Source: an uncultured Nitrospiraceae bacterium (GTDB lineage Bacteria; Nitrospirota; Thermodesulfovibrionia; Thermodesulfovibrionales; Dissulfurispiraceae). From it: DNA of 64,000 nucleotides. This document shows, in pieces, positions 31,505-41,767 of the stretch. A program made the position numbers and the translations under genes. The number at the start of each line of letters is the position of its first letter. The stretch's first letter is position 1. The stretch covers positions 960,001-1,024,000 of the forward strand of contig CAVPIW010000006.1 in the NCBI GenBank assembly GCA_963705105.1. The letters are read 5' to 3'. The notes under the pieces were generated by a model that saw only the letters and a list, made by a program, of their open reading frames with translations, did no database searches and was not told the DNA's origin.

Positions 31505-31969
31505 ATGCTGAAAGCCAGGGATATCATGACGACCGATGTCATTACAGTCGGAACGGACACGACGGTCACCGATCTTGCCCGCATCCTCACGGAGCACCGC
31601 ATCAGCGGTGCGCCCGTCGTGAACGACGAAGGGCGCCTGATCGGCATCGTCACAGAGAACGACCTGATACGCCGCAACCGGCGCTTCCACATTCCGACGG
31701 TGCTGCGGATACTGGACGGGTTCATTCCCCTCGAAACGGAGGGCATGGTCGAAAAGGAAATACGGGAACTGACCGCATCGACAGTCGGCGAGATCTGCGC
31801 GAGGGACGTCGTGACCGTCGGTGAGGACGCGACCGTTGAAGACCTCGCCACGATCATGGCCGAAAAGAAGGTCCACCTGATTCCCGTCGTCAAAGGGGAC
31901 AAGATCACGGGCATAATCGGGAAGATGGACCTCGTCCGGTCGATGGCGGGTCGCAGCGATCAGGCATAG
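31505..31969 (+). CDS. CBS-domain protein
   Basis: Two CBS repeats (ISGAPVV, GIVTENDL). Confidence 0.9.
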   Translation: MLKARDIMTTDVITVGTDTTVTDLARILTEHRISGAPVVNDEGRLIGIVTENDLIRRNRRFHIPTVLRILDGFIPLETEGMVEKEIRELTASTVGEICARDVVTVGEDATVEDLATIMAEKKVHLIPVVKGDKITGIIGKMDLVRSMAGRSDQA

Positions 31970-31977
31970 CCGGGTCA

Positions 31978-32463
31978 GTGGGTGAATTTGAGCGGCCGTT
32001 GCGCTTCCTGTCGTCCTCCCGGGATGAGACGGAGACAATAGGACGAAACGTGGGCGCCTTCCTCCTGACGAAGGGAGGCGACGCTGTTCTCTGTTTTTAC
32101 GGCGACCTCGGCGCCGGGAAAACGGCCTTCATCCGCGGCCTTGCCACCGCTTTCGGCATCCCCGGGAGGGATATCGGGAGCGCGAGCTTCATCATCGTGG
32201 CTGAATACGAAACCCGTCCCCCCTTCTATCACATCGATCTCTACCGGGTCACGGGGGAGGACGACCTTGAATCGACGGGTGTCTGGGACACCCTGGAGTC
32301 GGGCGGCATCGCCGCCGTCGAATGGGCGGAGCGCCTGCCCTGCATTCCGAAAGGCGCCATCATCGTCAGGATCGACCACCGGTGGAATGACACCCGTGAA
32401 ATCATCATCGAAGGCCTTCCGGAAGGGGTCCTGGACGGCGAAAAGGATTCGGAGAATCGATGA
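31978..32463 (+). CDS. tsaE: tRNA threonylcarbamoyladenosine biosynthesis ATPase
   Basis: GDLGAGKT, HIDLYR and VEWAE. Confidence 0.92.
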   Translation: MGEFERPLRFLSSSRDETETIGRNVGAFLLTKGGDAVLCFYGDLGAGKTAFIRGLATAFGIPGRDIGSASFIIVAEYETRPPFYHIDLYRVTGEDDLESTGVWDTLESGGIAAVEWAERLPCIPKGAIIVRIDHRWNDTREIIIEGLPEGVLDGEKDSENR

Positions 32464-33311
32464 AACGCATCGGCATCATCTGCAAAACGGGAAGGCCCGA
32501 ACCTGTCGACATCGTCAGGGACTTCATCCCCTGGCTCAGAAACCAGGGATATGAGACCTTTCTCGACATCGAGACGGCAGGTCTGCTCAACATGGACGGC
32601 TACCCGAGAGACAAGATCCCGGGCCTCGTCGAGATCATCATCGTCCTTGGTGGCGACGGGACCATGCTGAGTGTGGCCCGGCTGATCGGCTGCAGGGATG
32701 TGCCCATCATCGGGATCAATCTCGGCGGCCTCGGGTTCATCACCGAGGTGAACAGGGACGACATCTTCGATGACGTTGCCATGATGCTCACGGGAAGTTT
32801 TTCCATCGAAGAGAGGATCATGCTCACCGCGGCAGTGTACCGGTATTCCGAGAAGATCGCCGATTTCGTCGTCCTCAACGACGTCGTCGTCAACAAGGGG
32901 GCACTGGCCCGGATGATCGACCTGGAAACGTACGTCAACAAGTCATACGTTACGACATTCAGGGCCGACGGGCTTGTCATCGCCACGCCGACAGGCTCCA
33001 CGGCCTATTCCCTCTCGGCGGGCGGGCCGATCCTCTACCCGACACTCAACAGCATTCTCATCACGCCCATCTGCCCCCACACGCTTACAAACAGGCCTAT
33101 CGCCCTTCCCGACACCTTCACGATCGAGGTGATCCTTCGTTCCGAGAGCGAGGACGTCTTTCTCACCCTCGACGGCCAGGTCGGCTTCTCCCTGAGAATG
33201 AACGACCGTGTCGAAATTCAGAAGGCGAAATGCACCACGAAGATCCTGATCCCCCTCGACAGGGATTACTTCCAGGTCCTCAGGACGAAGCTGAAATGGG
33301 GAGAGAGATAA
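32460..33311 (+). CDS. nadK: NAD kinase
   Basis: LGGDGT and DGLVIATPTGSTAYSLSAGGP. Confidence 0.96.
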   Translation: MKRIGIICKTGRPEPVDIVRDFIPWLRNQGYETFLDIETAGLLNMDGYPRDKIPGLVEIIIVLGGDGTMLSVARLIGCRDVPIIGINLGGLGFITEVNRDDIFDDVAMMLTGSFSIEERIMLTAAVYRYSEKIADFVVLNDVVVNKGALARMIDLETYVNKSYVTTFRADGLVIATPTGSTAYSLSAGGPILYPTLNSILITPICPHTLTNRPIALPDTFTIEVILRSESEDVFLTLDGQVGFSLRMNDRVEIQKAKCTTKILIPLDRDYFQVLRTKLKWGER

Positions 33312-33323
33312 AGGGGAAACGTC

Positions 33324-34118
33324 ATGGATGACAGGGTTGAGTTGAGGGAGAACCTTCGTCTCGTCCTCGAGTTCTACCGCGCCCTCGGCTGCGAAAGCAT
33401 ACCCTATCGTGAAAGCCGGGCGATCGAAGCGCCGCCTGCCGTGAAACGGGATGAGAGACCTGCCGCCCCGTCGCCTGCCGTCTCCCACACGGACAGACAT
33501 GCCGGTACCGACCGCGCCGCCCTCCTTGCGGACCTGCGTGAAGAAATCGGGGACTGCCGGCGCTGCAGGCTTTCGGAGGGACGGACGACCATCGTCTTCG
33601 GCGACGGCAATCCCGGTGCGAAGATCCTGTTCATCGGCGAGGCGCCGGGCAGGGACGAGGACCTCCAGGGGAAACCCTTCGTCGGCGAGGCCGGAAAGAT
33701 ACTGACGAGCCTCATCAACAAAATGGGTGAGGATGAGGGATTCACCCGAAAGGACGTCTACATCGCCAATATCGTCAAGTGCAGGCCCCCCGGCAACCGC
33801 GATCCACGGGAGGACGAAATTGCGAGCTGCCTGCCCTTCCTGAGACGGCAGATCGAAATCATTTCACCCCTCGCCATCATGTCTCTGGGAAGGATATCGG
33901 CCCACACCCTCATGGGCTCCGTTGTCCCTTATACCAAATTTTCCATCTCACGGGTCCGGGGGACCTTTTTCGACCTCGTTACCGGCTCGCTCAGGATTCC
34001 CGTCATGCCCACCTTTCATCCCGCCTATTTCCTGAGAAATCCGAAAGACAAGCACCTCACCTGGGCCGACGCGCAGGCACTGCTGCAAAAACTTCGGGAG
34101 ATGGAAGCGGCCGGATAA
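33324..34118 (+). CDS. Family-4 uracil-DNA glycosylase
   Basis: CRRCRL, GEAPG, KCRPPGNR and TFHPAY. Confidence 0.93.
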   Translation: MDDRVELRENLRLVLEFYRALGCESIPYRESRAIEAPPAVKRDERPAAPSPAVSHTDRHAGTDRAALLADLREEIGDCRRCRLSEGRTTIVFGDGNPGAKILFIGEAPGRDEDLQGKPFVGEAGKILTSLINKMGEDEGFTRKDVYIANIVKCRPPGNRDPREDEIASCLPFLRRQIEIISPLAIMSLGRISAHTLMGSVVPYTKFSISRVRGTFFDLVTGSLRIPVMPTFHPAYFLRNPKDKHLTWADAQALLQKLREMEAAG

Positions 34119-34593
34119 ACGTTGTCGTTGTATGAAAAGAGGGACAAAGATCGACCTCCGCGAGGAGTGTCGCGGCGGTCCAGTTCCTTGTGCCCTCCCC
34201 TGATTCCCCGTCGCAATCAAGACACCAGGATTTTCCCGCTGATCCCGATCTCCGGAACGCCATCACTGTTCCCCGCCCCCTCAATGTGTGCATCTGTAGG
34301 CTTGCGTCATTGTAGGTTCACACCGATGATGATGCTCTCATAATCATCGGTGGAGTGATCTTTGGCTGCGGGGGCCAGGAAGAACGACGTTTCAGGATTT
34401 GGTGATTGGTTCAAAATGCCAGATTTCCTTTGAAATTGTCAGACGAGACGGGGGGCGAATCTTCTAAGTTGCAGCCACTACTCCGCGCTTGGTGCTGTCA
34501 GTCTCGAATGAAGAATCCCTCTACTACTCCTTGCGCTATCACTGACATTGTTGCTCCTCAAAGGAAGTTGTAAAGGGCGTTGACCCCAAGAAA

Positions 34594-34770
34594 TCACGCT
34601 TTTAATTTCCGAATTATGTGTCTTGCGAGGTTGTCGTTGATTTCAGCGTGCCTGGGTACCGGCTGAGAGACTTTTGTTGCCGGATTCTGATACCAGTCAT
34701 GATTACCCCCATGCCTGATCAAGATACAACCCATCAGTTCAATCTCTCTGATCAGGTCCCGTCTTTTCAA
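34594..34770 (-). CDS. hicA: HicA-family mRNA interferase toxin (58 aa, absent from the ORF track)
   Basis: TTG start; MKRRDLIREIELMGCILIRHGGNHDWYQNP...QPVPRHAEINDNLARHIIRKL; overlaps the hicB stop. Confidence 0.9.
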   Translation of the reverse strand: MKRRDLIREIELMGCILIRHGGNHDWYQNPATKVSQPVPRHAEINDNLARHIIRKLKA

Positions 34771-34958
34771 GAAACCTGGAGTTCTGCGACTCTGCGAACG
34801 TGCGGGATGCTTCCGCTGGTGAGTTCTTTGTAAATATCTCTGAGGTTATCCTGGAGTTCCTCTAATGATTTCCCCTGTGTCATGTAATCAGGATATTCCT
34901 CCAGATAGCCCAACCACATTCCCTCATCCTGCCAATAAATATATTTCAGTTTTTCCAT
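34767..34958 (-). CDS. hicB: Short HicB-family antitoxin
   Basis: WLGYLEEYPDYMTQGKSLEELQDNL. Confidence 0.88.
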   Translation of the reverse strand: MEKLKYIYWQDEGMWLGYLEEYPDYMTQGKSLEELQDNLRDIYKELTSGSIPHVRRVAELQVS

Positions 34959-35148
34959 GACTATATTGTATCCGCCACATGATTAAAACTTCAAATAAAC
35001 GAATCGCTGCATTCTTGTTCATGGCATCTTGATGATTGCAGGCTACTTGTAGGGGCCAATGCCCTCGTCGGCCCGCGGACGTGCAATCCCATCTATTTGA
35101 GGTTTTCTTCTACTTCACATATGTCAGGGACATGTTCCCTGACTTCGA

Positions 35149-35172
35149 GTGTCAAGGTTCAAGGGCTGACCC
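35149..35172. repeat. RAYT-associated end motif copy
   Basis: Reverse complement is 23/24 identical to 1120-1143. Confidence 0.65.
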
Positions 35173-35576
35173 TGTTTTTCCCCTTTGTATTTTTGTTGTT
35201 ATACCGTTCTGTTATGACTGCTTCTTCCCCTTTCTGAAGTTAAGTTTTGCTTTCCTGTCTCACTTTTAACAAGAAGCGTGCCATAGTGCAAAAAGGATGT
35301 TCTCCGCTTATAAATCAAGACGCACAGCTGAACAGGCGCTGCCGGCGTGGATGCGCAGCGCTTTGCCTGACACATATGTCTGACGCTGATGTGCATCACG
35401 GCCTGCCCGGGATGATTAGGCTTGAGACTATCCGTCGTCTCCACCTCCGGTCGGGGGGTCTGCAACTCTGAGTGCCGATAAGTATTTCTTATATAATTAT
35501 TTTTTATTGACAACCGGCGCATGGTGTGATAAATATTGACTTACTCTCAAGAAAATCCAATGAAGGGGGCAACAGG

Positions 35577-38500
35577 ATGAAAACAGCCGGCCTTATCACT
35601 ATCGTTCCCGTTCGGACTTTACTGGTCATACTGACTGCTTCGTTTCTCATACTCCTTCCCTTTGGTCCTTCAGGCTCACAACCCTCATGGGCGGAAAGCC
35701 AGGAGGCACCCTCTCCCGGTCAACCGTCCGACGCTGTGCAATCTCTGTTCGCCGTGCAGGCAGACGGCCTTCCCCGGCTGGACGAAACTGCCAGGGCAGG
35801 CAGCGCCGTTCAGGATGCCAGGGCGGCTTTCGGAGACCTGAAGAGGTCATACTTCCCGGGAGACCGGATGGCCCTCACCGTATCGGTCTCGTCACAGGAC
35901 CAGAGCATGAGGGGGGACCTCTACGCCATAGTATGGGCGCCGGGCCTCCGGAACGTCATCTTTTTTACGGGCAATCCGCTTGAACCCTTCACGTCAGTGC
36001 CGACGCCCATCAGTCGGGATGTCAGATCGGGATCGCAGGAATACCAACTCCTCGATATCACCACACCGGCACTGGCACAGGGTCTTGAGCTTTTCCTTTA
36101 TGCGGCTCTTTTCGAGACCGGAGAGCCCCTGACCGTGGAAAACCTCGTCTCCAATATCGCGGAGGGCAGGATCAGGCTCATCGGCAAAGCAGGCAGCGAG
36201 GCGGACCAGAAACAGTCGAATTTTCTGAGAATCCTCAGGGGCATCACGACGCCGGATGCCTACAACGCGAAAGTGGCAAAAGGGGCACTGAAACGTTTAG
36301 ACCTGGAACTCCCCATTCCGAAGTCGCTTCTGCCGCCGGGGACCACTGAGGACGAACTGGCACTGACCCTCCTTTCGATAACGCAGGACCTCCTCAGGGT
36401 CGAGACGCCCCGGCGGAGCTTCCGTCTCCAGAAGAGAGCGGGAGAGGGAATCCGCACCCTGACCTTCGGCCAGTATTATCAGGATATTCCCGTTTTCGGG
36501 GCCTGGTTCCAGATGACGATACAGGAGAGGAGCGAATCGTTCCTCCTGAAGAACATGTCGGGCAAGTACATACCCGATCTCAAAATGGAACAGTTTGAGC
36601 CTGTCATTTCCGCGCAGGAGGCCATGCGCAGGGTGATGCGGAAATACAACATCCGTTCCCTGGGGGAGCTGAGAATGGCTGTCCCCATCAAGCTTTGGAT
36701 ATTCGACGGCGCTCTCTTCGCTCCCCAATGCCCGGCTTGTCCCGATGTGAACCACAGCCCGAGGCTGGCGTGGCGGGTGATCTTCGACTCACCGAAGGAC
36801 AGAGGCGCACTGGCGGATGCCTTTGTCGACGCCGTCAACGGCGAGATCCTGATGGCCCGGCCAAGAACAGACGGGATCAATATTCAGCTCTGGTCGGGCA
36901 ACGGGAACGAACTGTCGAACTGCATGGACAGGGACGACGCGGTGGCATGGCTGGACGAGGACGGGGTCTGTGAGGGCAGAAACGCCTGCGACGACCGCAA
37001 CCCCTGCTACTGGGACTGGCCGCCCACCTGTGCCGGCCCCGATGACGAGGGCCGGCACGCACAGGAATACACCCATCTGATCCACCGGTTTTACAGCGAG
37101 GTATTCGGCCGGTCTTCCTATGAGGATGTCTCTACCACGGTGTACCGGATGATCATAGACGTGAATTTCGGCGACGACGAGCCGAATGCGAGCTCTACAG
37201 ACTGCGGCGCCTACGAAGTCCACAAGTTTTCGGACGGGTATGCAGTCCTCGACGTCATGGGTCATGAGGTGGGGCATTCCTTCCACGACTCAGAGGTCAA
37301 TTACGAGTACTCCCATCAGAGCGGGGCCGTTGCCGAGCATATAGCAGACATGTTCGGCCACTTTGTGGGAGTCTGGAGCGGGCTGGATCCCGACTGGCTC
37401 ATGGGGGAAGACCTCCCCGGCGGAACATTGAGGGACATGGCAAATCCGGGAAGGGATCACATCAGTGATTATGTACCCCTTCCGGGAGACGAAGACAACG
37501 ACTACGGCGGGGTCCACCGGTACAGTACCATCCTGAGCAAGGCAGGGTACATGATGACGGTGGGGGATACCCATCCCGATACCGGCATCAGGACGACCGG
37601 CATCGGCGAGGACAAGGCGCGGAGAATCTACTACCGGCTCGTCACCGAGAAGCTGGGGCGCAACAACGACTTCGGCGATTTCGCAATAAAGATCCGTGAC
37701 GCCTGTAACGAGCTTATCGGGCAGCACGGGATCACCGCCGATGACTGCTGCCAGGTCAGGAACGCCTTCTCGGCCATCGGGATCGATCCGGCCGATTCCG
37801 ACTGCGACGGCAGGCTCGACTCGGAGGAATCGGATAACGACGATGACGGTGTTCCCGACACAAGTGATAATTGTCCCTTCATCCCCAATCCCGGCCAGGA
37901 AGACGCCGACGACGACGGTCCCGGCGATGTCTGTGAATTCGACGCCGACGACGACGGCATCAGGAACGTCGATGACAACTGCCCCGTCGTGGCAAACCCG
38001 ACCCAGAGAGACACCGACGGCAACGGCGTGGGTGACGCCTGCGACGACAGGGACGGCGACGGCATTACCGACAGAGTGGACAATTGCCCCGACAACAGAA
38101 ACCCGAATCAGTCCGATGTGGACAGTGACGGACGGGGCGATACCTGCGATAACGACAGGGACGGCGACGGCTTTGACAACATCAGGGACGACAACTGCCC
38201 TGACGTCGCAAATGCGGATCAGGCCGACGACGACGGTGACGACGTGGGGAACGTGTGCGACAACTGCAGGATAGTGGCCAACCACAGCCAGTCGGATGTC
38301 GATGGCGACGGCCTGGGCGACGAGTGTGACGATGACATCGACGGCGACGGCATCCTGAACGGGGCTGACAATTGCCCGGATGAATACAGCCCGGCCGTGG
38401 ACGTGTGTGTGGCGCCTCCCGGATTCTTCTGCCGCGAGTACGGATGTCCGCCGGGCCGGCTTTTGTCCTCCGCCGAAGTCCGGATGCATTTCAACTGGGA

Positions 38501-39008
38501 CCGCCTGCAGGCTGCACACCCGGCCGCAGTGAGACCCGCGTTCGGCATGTCACTGAATCCGTGCGAGGTCATTGACTGCCAGGCTCAACGCCTCTTCGGG
38601 GCCGATGAAGTCCTTCAGGTGATCGTCGACCTGGGTATGGACTTTGCCGCAGGCCTGCAAATGGAAACGCCCCTCAATTTCATCGTTGCGGTGCTGAACG
38701 AGGAGGGCCGTCGAGTGGCCGGCGGGGAAGCCTTCCTGGCCGCCGGCACAAGGCTGACACAGCGGGACGCTCAGATCACGCTTTCCTTCAGGATGCTTCC
38801 CTCCTTCACCTGGAGACAGTCCGGTGTCCTTTCCGGTCAGTCCGGCACGGACAACCGCGCAACGACGGCTATCGAGGCCGACGCAGCACTGCCTGCCTAT
38901 CACCTGCTGCTTGTGCCTGAGAATCTGAGCCCGCAGAACCGGCAGATTCTTTCAACCACCCCGCTCAGGTTCAGGCACCGGATGACCCTGACACAGCAGA
39001 AGCAGTAA
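35577..39008 (+). CDS. Secreted M4 (thermolysin-like) metallopeptidase with thrombospondin type-3 Ca-binding repeats
   Basis: Signal peptide; FTP/PepSY-like propeptide (VDAVNGEIL); GHEVGH...SGAVAEHIAD; GGVH; many DxDxDGxGDxCDNCP repeats. Confidence 0.88.
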   Translation: MKTAGLITIVPVRTLLVILTASFLILLPFGPSGSQPSWAESQEAPSPGQPSDAVQSLFAVQADGLPRLDETARAGSAVQDARAAFGDLKRSYFPGDRMALTVSVSSQDQSMRGDLYAIVWAPGLRNVIFFTGNPLEPFTSVPTPISRDVRSGSQEYQLLDITTPALAQGLELFLYAALFETGEPLTVENLVSNIAEGRIRLIGKAGSEADQKQSNFLRILRGITTPDAYNAKVAKGALKRLDLELPIPKSLLPPGTTEDELALTLLSITQDLLRVETPRRSFRLQKRAGEGIRTLTFGQYYQDIPVFGAWFQMTIQERSESFLLKNMSGKYIPDLKMEQFEPVISAQEAMRRVMRKYNIRSLGELRMAVPIKLWIFDGALFAPQCPACPDVNHSPRLAWRVIFDSPKDRGALADAFVDAVNGEILMARPRTDGINIQLWSGNGNELSNCMDRDDAVAWLDEDGVCEGRNACDDRNPCYWDWPPTCAGPDDEGRHAQEYTHLIHRFYSEVFGRSSYEDVSTTVYRMIIDVNFGDDEPNASSTDCGAYEVHKFSDGYAVLDVMGHEVGHSFHDSEVNYEYSHQSGAVAEHIADMFGHFVGVWSGLDPDWLMGEDLPGGTLRDMANPGRDHISDYVPLPGDEDNDYGGVHRYSTILSKAGYMMTVGDTHPDTGIRTTGIGEDKARRIYYRLVTEKLGRNNDFGDFAIKIRDACNELIGQHGITADDCCQVRNAFSAIGIDPADSDCDGRLDSEESDNDDDGVPDTSDNCPFIPNPGQEDADDDGPGDVCEFDADDDGIRNVDDNCPVVANPTQRDTDGNGVGDACDDRDGDGITDRVDNCPDNRNPNQSDVDSDGRGDTCDNDRDGDGFDNIRDDNCPDVANADQADDDGDDVGNVCDNCRIVANHSQSDVDGDGLGDECDDDIDGDGILNGADNCPDEYSPAVDVCVAPPGFFCREYGCPPGRLLSSAEVRMHFNWDRLQAAHPAAVRPAFGMSLNPCEVIDCQAQRLFGADEVLQVIVDLGMDFAAGLQMETPLNFIVAVLNEEGRRVAGGEAFLAAGTRLTQRDAQITLSFRMLPSFTWRQSGVLSGQSGTDNRATTAIEADAALPAYHLLLVPENLSPQNRQILSTTPLRFRHRMTLTQQKQ

Positions 39009-39021
39009 GAGACTTTGTTGA

Positions 39022-39049
39022 GGGAAGGGGAGGTCTGACTCCCCTTCCC
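39022..39049. terminator. Hairpin between convergent genes
   Basis: GGGAAGGGGAG pairs with CTCCCCTTCCC. Confidence 0.7.
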
Positions 39050-39056
39050 CGCATGG

Positions 39057-39440
39057 TCAGTCCGAGCGGCCGGACGACCTGTAGCTCAGTGCGCGTCTGG
39101 CGACTGCAAGGAGGGTATCCTTGAGCACCGGCTTGGTAAGGTACTCGAAGACGCCCAGGCTGGCCGCCTCCTGGTCTGTATCGTCGCTTGGGGCGCCTGT
39201 CATCATCACGACGGGAAGGGAAGGATCCCTCCGCCTTACTTCCCGGAGGATGTCCATTCCGGAGACCCCGTCGAGGATCAGGTCCGCGAAGATCACGTCG
39301 AAGTCCCTTTCCGAAATCCTGTTCACCGCCTCTGCGTAATTGCTTGCCGTCGTCACATCGTACCCTTCGTCCGATAGGAATATATCAAATGTGAGTCGTA
39401 TCCCTTGCTCGTCGTCAACGACCAGCACCTTTGGCCTCAT
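39057..39440 (-). CDS. Single-domain response regulator
   Basis: VLVVDDE, FADL, MMTG and YLTKP; GGGAGG RBS before ATG 39440. Confidence 0.88.
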   Translation of the reverse strand: MRPKVLVVDDEQGIRLTFDIFLSDEGYDVTTASNYAEAVNRISERDFDVIFADLILDGVSGMDILREVRRRDPSLPVVMMTGAPSDDTDQEAASLGVFEYLTKPVLKDTLLAVARRALSYRSSGRSD

Positions 39441-39499
39441 CTTTCGACCTCCCTGTGGGGCCCTGTGTCCACGGGGAGCTCGACCGTGACCATGGTATA

Positions 39500-39711
39500 C
39501 CCTATAGTTGCATAGAAAGGCGGGGCGAAACGCCTCAAAGCCTTGCTGAAGGCGACGATGCGCCTCGCCATCTTCGTGTTTCAGGATTTCACTCTTTGTG
39601 TCATCGACCATTGGCGTATAGTTCATCTTTCGTTTTGATACAGGTGTCGCCGCAGCAAGGTTTTCGGCGCATACGCCCCGCCTTTCCCGGGCGTGCATTG
39701 CAACGATAAGG
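39500..39711 (-). mobile_element. MITE family A1, 212 bp
   Basis: TIR CCCTATAGTTGCA/TGCAACGATAAGG; TSD TATA (39496-99 and 39712-15). Confidence 0.88.
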
Positions 39712-39995
39712 TATACTCACCTTCCGCGCTGTCGACCGTGAGGCTCCCTTTGTGATCGGCGATGATGGTGTTGATGATACCGATCTATCCCCACTAAATT
39801 ATACGATAGGCAGATCACTTTGCAAAGCGCAGTCTATAACGCAGTTGCGTGAAAATGCGCAGCGGCTTCTTTCTATCATTTGTGTCATGATACACATCTG
39901 TACCGGGACAGAGCAGATCCTGTCACGCTGCGATCACAATTGCGCCGCCATGTTTTTGCTTCTAATTACAGCCGATTAAGGTCGTGCATTGCTCT

Positions 39996-40010
39996 TGGCA
40001 TGTTTCTTGG
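39996..40010 (+). promoter_or_regulatory. Possible sigma54 promoter (non-canonical -12)
   Basis: TGGCATGTTTCTTGG has GG-N10-GG instead of GC; dyad TGTGTCATGATACACA lies about 100 bp upstream. Confidence 0.35.
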
Positions 40011-40042
40011 TATAACTAAATCGATTAACAAAGGAGGAATGT

Positions 40043-40531
40043 ATGCATAAAACGCTGAATGCTCCCCTGATGATCAAAAATAGAGGCAGGAGAACGGAAG
40101 CGGCGAAGGGGACAACCTCCGCCTTGCCTCCATCGGATCAGCGGCACGCCCTCGTCGTCGATGACGACTCGATTATCACCAGGCTTCTGAGTATTTTCCT
40201 CGGGCAGATCATGCCTGTTGAAACGGCGGTAAACGGCAACGAAGCCCTGCAGAAGGTAAGACAGCAGCACTATGATGTGATTGTTTCCGATATCGAGATG
40301 CCGGTCTTGAACGGCATTGATTTCTATCGGCATGCCGCCCTGTCTGACCCGTCAATTCGTGATCGGTTCCTGTTCATTTCTGGGTCCGTCGAGGAGTACG
40401 AAGGCTTCTTCCGGGAAAACAACCTCCGTTACTATCCGAAACCTGTCTCGTTCGATGAGTTGAAAGACGCCGTGGTCGAGATCCTGCGGCAAAATGGGCG
40501 GCTCTCACCACATATGGAGGAATATGGCTGA
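40043..40531 (+). CDS. Single-domain response regulator
   Basis: ALVVDDD, IVSDIEMPVLNG, FISG and PKP; AGGAGG RBS. Confidence 0.88.
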   Translation: MHKTLNAPLMIKNRGRRTEAAKGTTSALPPSDQRHALVVDDDSIITRLLSIFLGQIMPVETAVNGNEALQKVRQQHYDVIVSDIEMPVLNGIDFYRHAALSDPSIRDRFLFISGSVEEYEGFFRENNLRYYPKPVSFDELKDAVVEILRQNGRLSPHMEEYG

Positions 40532-40730
40532 CGGTCAAGGCACATGACCGTTCCGGCCACAGGACAATGGGTTTCATCTTTTTACTGATCATACTGGCAG
40601 CGTGCCTGATGATTGTCTTCTACTCCGATCCCGAGCGTAGAAGCGAAGAGTCGGTCTTCACCTTCTACGTCCGGTCCTGGCGGGAGAGCGGGAGCCACGC
40701 CCCGGGGCCATCCCAAAGAACAGTGGCTCT

Positions 40731-41723
40731 CTAACGCCTCCATCCTCTCCCTCCTCCTCCGGAGGAGCCCCTGCCGCCCCCGCGCGCCGGCGGTCCCGAG
40801 GTCCTGCCGCCGCCTGAAGGGGGGGCGCTCATCCGACCGCCTGAAGATGGGCCGGAGGTCCTGCCCCGTGAAGGCGGGCTAAAGGACCTGCCATCCCCCG
40901 GCATCCCTCGATGACGGCCGGGATTGAAGACCCTTTCGGGCGTCCTCGGAATGCCCGGCGAAATGAAGCCCCCGGGTACGGGGCGCCCCGATCCCCTTAA
41001 AGGTCCTTCCGTGAAATCTCTGCACGGGGTCGACCCTGAAAACCCTGTGGGTCCTGAAGTGGTTGAAGTGATTCGTGATGAAGAAGGGGCGATTCTTCAC
41101 ATGGACGGTTTTGTGGAAGTCATGGAGGATGAAGAATCCCGAAAACCAGAGGTGGCCCCACCAGAACGGGTAGGGAACCCAGGAGTAGAGGTAGTAGTAA
41201 TCCGGCGGTGGAGTGTAATAGGTTACGACCGGGGGCCCTGGTTGTAGTAATAGTTGCAGATTGTCCCGGGACAGGGATAATCGGGTGTGCTTGGCGCTGT
41301 TCCCCCATACCCTTCTCCTGCGGCAGCAGGTCTGACCGACAGAGATGCATCCTCAAGGACCCTCCTGAAGGCCCTCAAGGCGTCGTCCCTTGTCATCGCA
41401 ATAGTCCCGGCATCCGCCGCTGCGATGACGCTCTCCTGCAGCTCCCCGGCGATGTCGGGAGTGACGGGGTAGTCGGCGATCCAGCCGTTCCGGGGTGAGA
41501 TGCCCGCCCTGCCGAGGGCGGTTTCCGCCTCGACCTCGTCGGTTGTCGAGGCAAGCCCCAGCGCTTCAGCCAGGCTGACAGCGAGAGTGCCTTCACGGAC
41601 GAGAGGCTGCTCGACCGGGGGTGAGGCCGTCGACGGCTGCATTGACTGCGCTTCGATCACGGCGGGCAGCGTGAGCGCGAATGCGCAAAGCAGCGCCATC
41701 CCAATACAAAGTGACTTTCTCAT
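40731..41723 (-). pseudogene. Secreted protein with aromatic/Pro-rich middle and Gly/Arg-rich tail, interrupted by two homopolymer frameshifts
   Basis: Signal peptide from ATG 41723; frame changes at the G5 run near 41231 and the C5 run near 40970; tail ends GRGWRR*; total length 993 bp. Confidence 0.65.
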
Positions 41724-41767
41724 GATGGGCCTCCTCAAAGCTCAAAGCCTTCAGCGGAACTTCCCTC

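Noticed and set aside
34363..34380. Possible tRNA 3'-end att remnant (reverse complement TCCTGGCCCCCGCAGCCA)
   Set aside because: One base too long for a standard T-stem/acceptor register, and no partner copy or integrase is in the window.
35269..35283. Sigma54-like TGGCACGCTTCTTGT on the - strand
   Set aside because: The -12 element is GT rather than GC and no clear gene follows closely; left unannotated.
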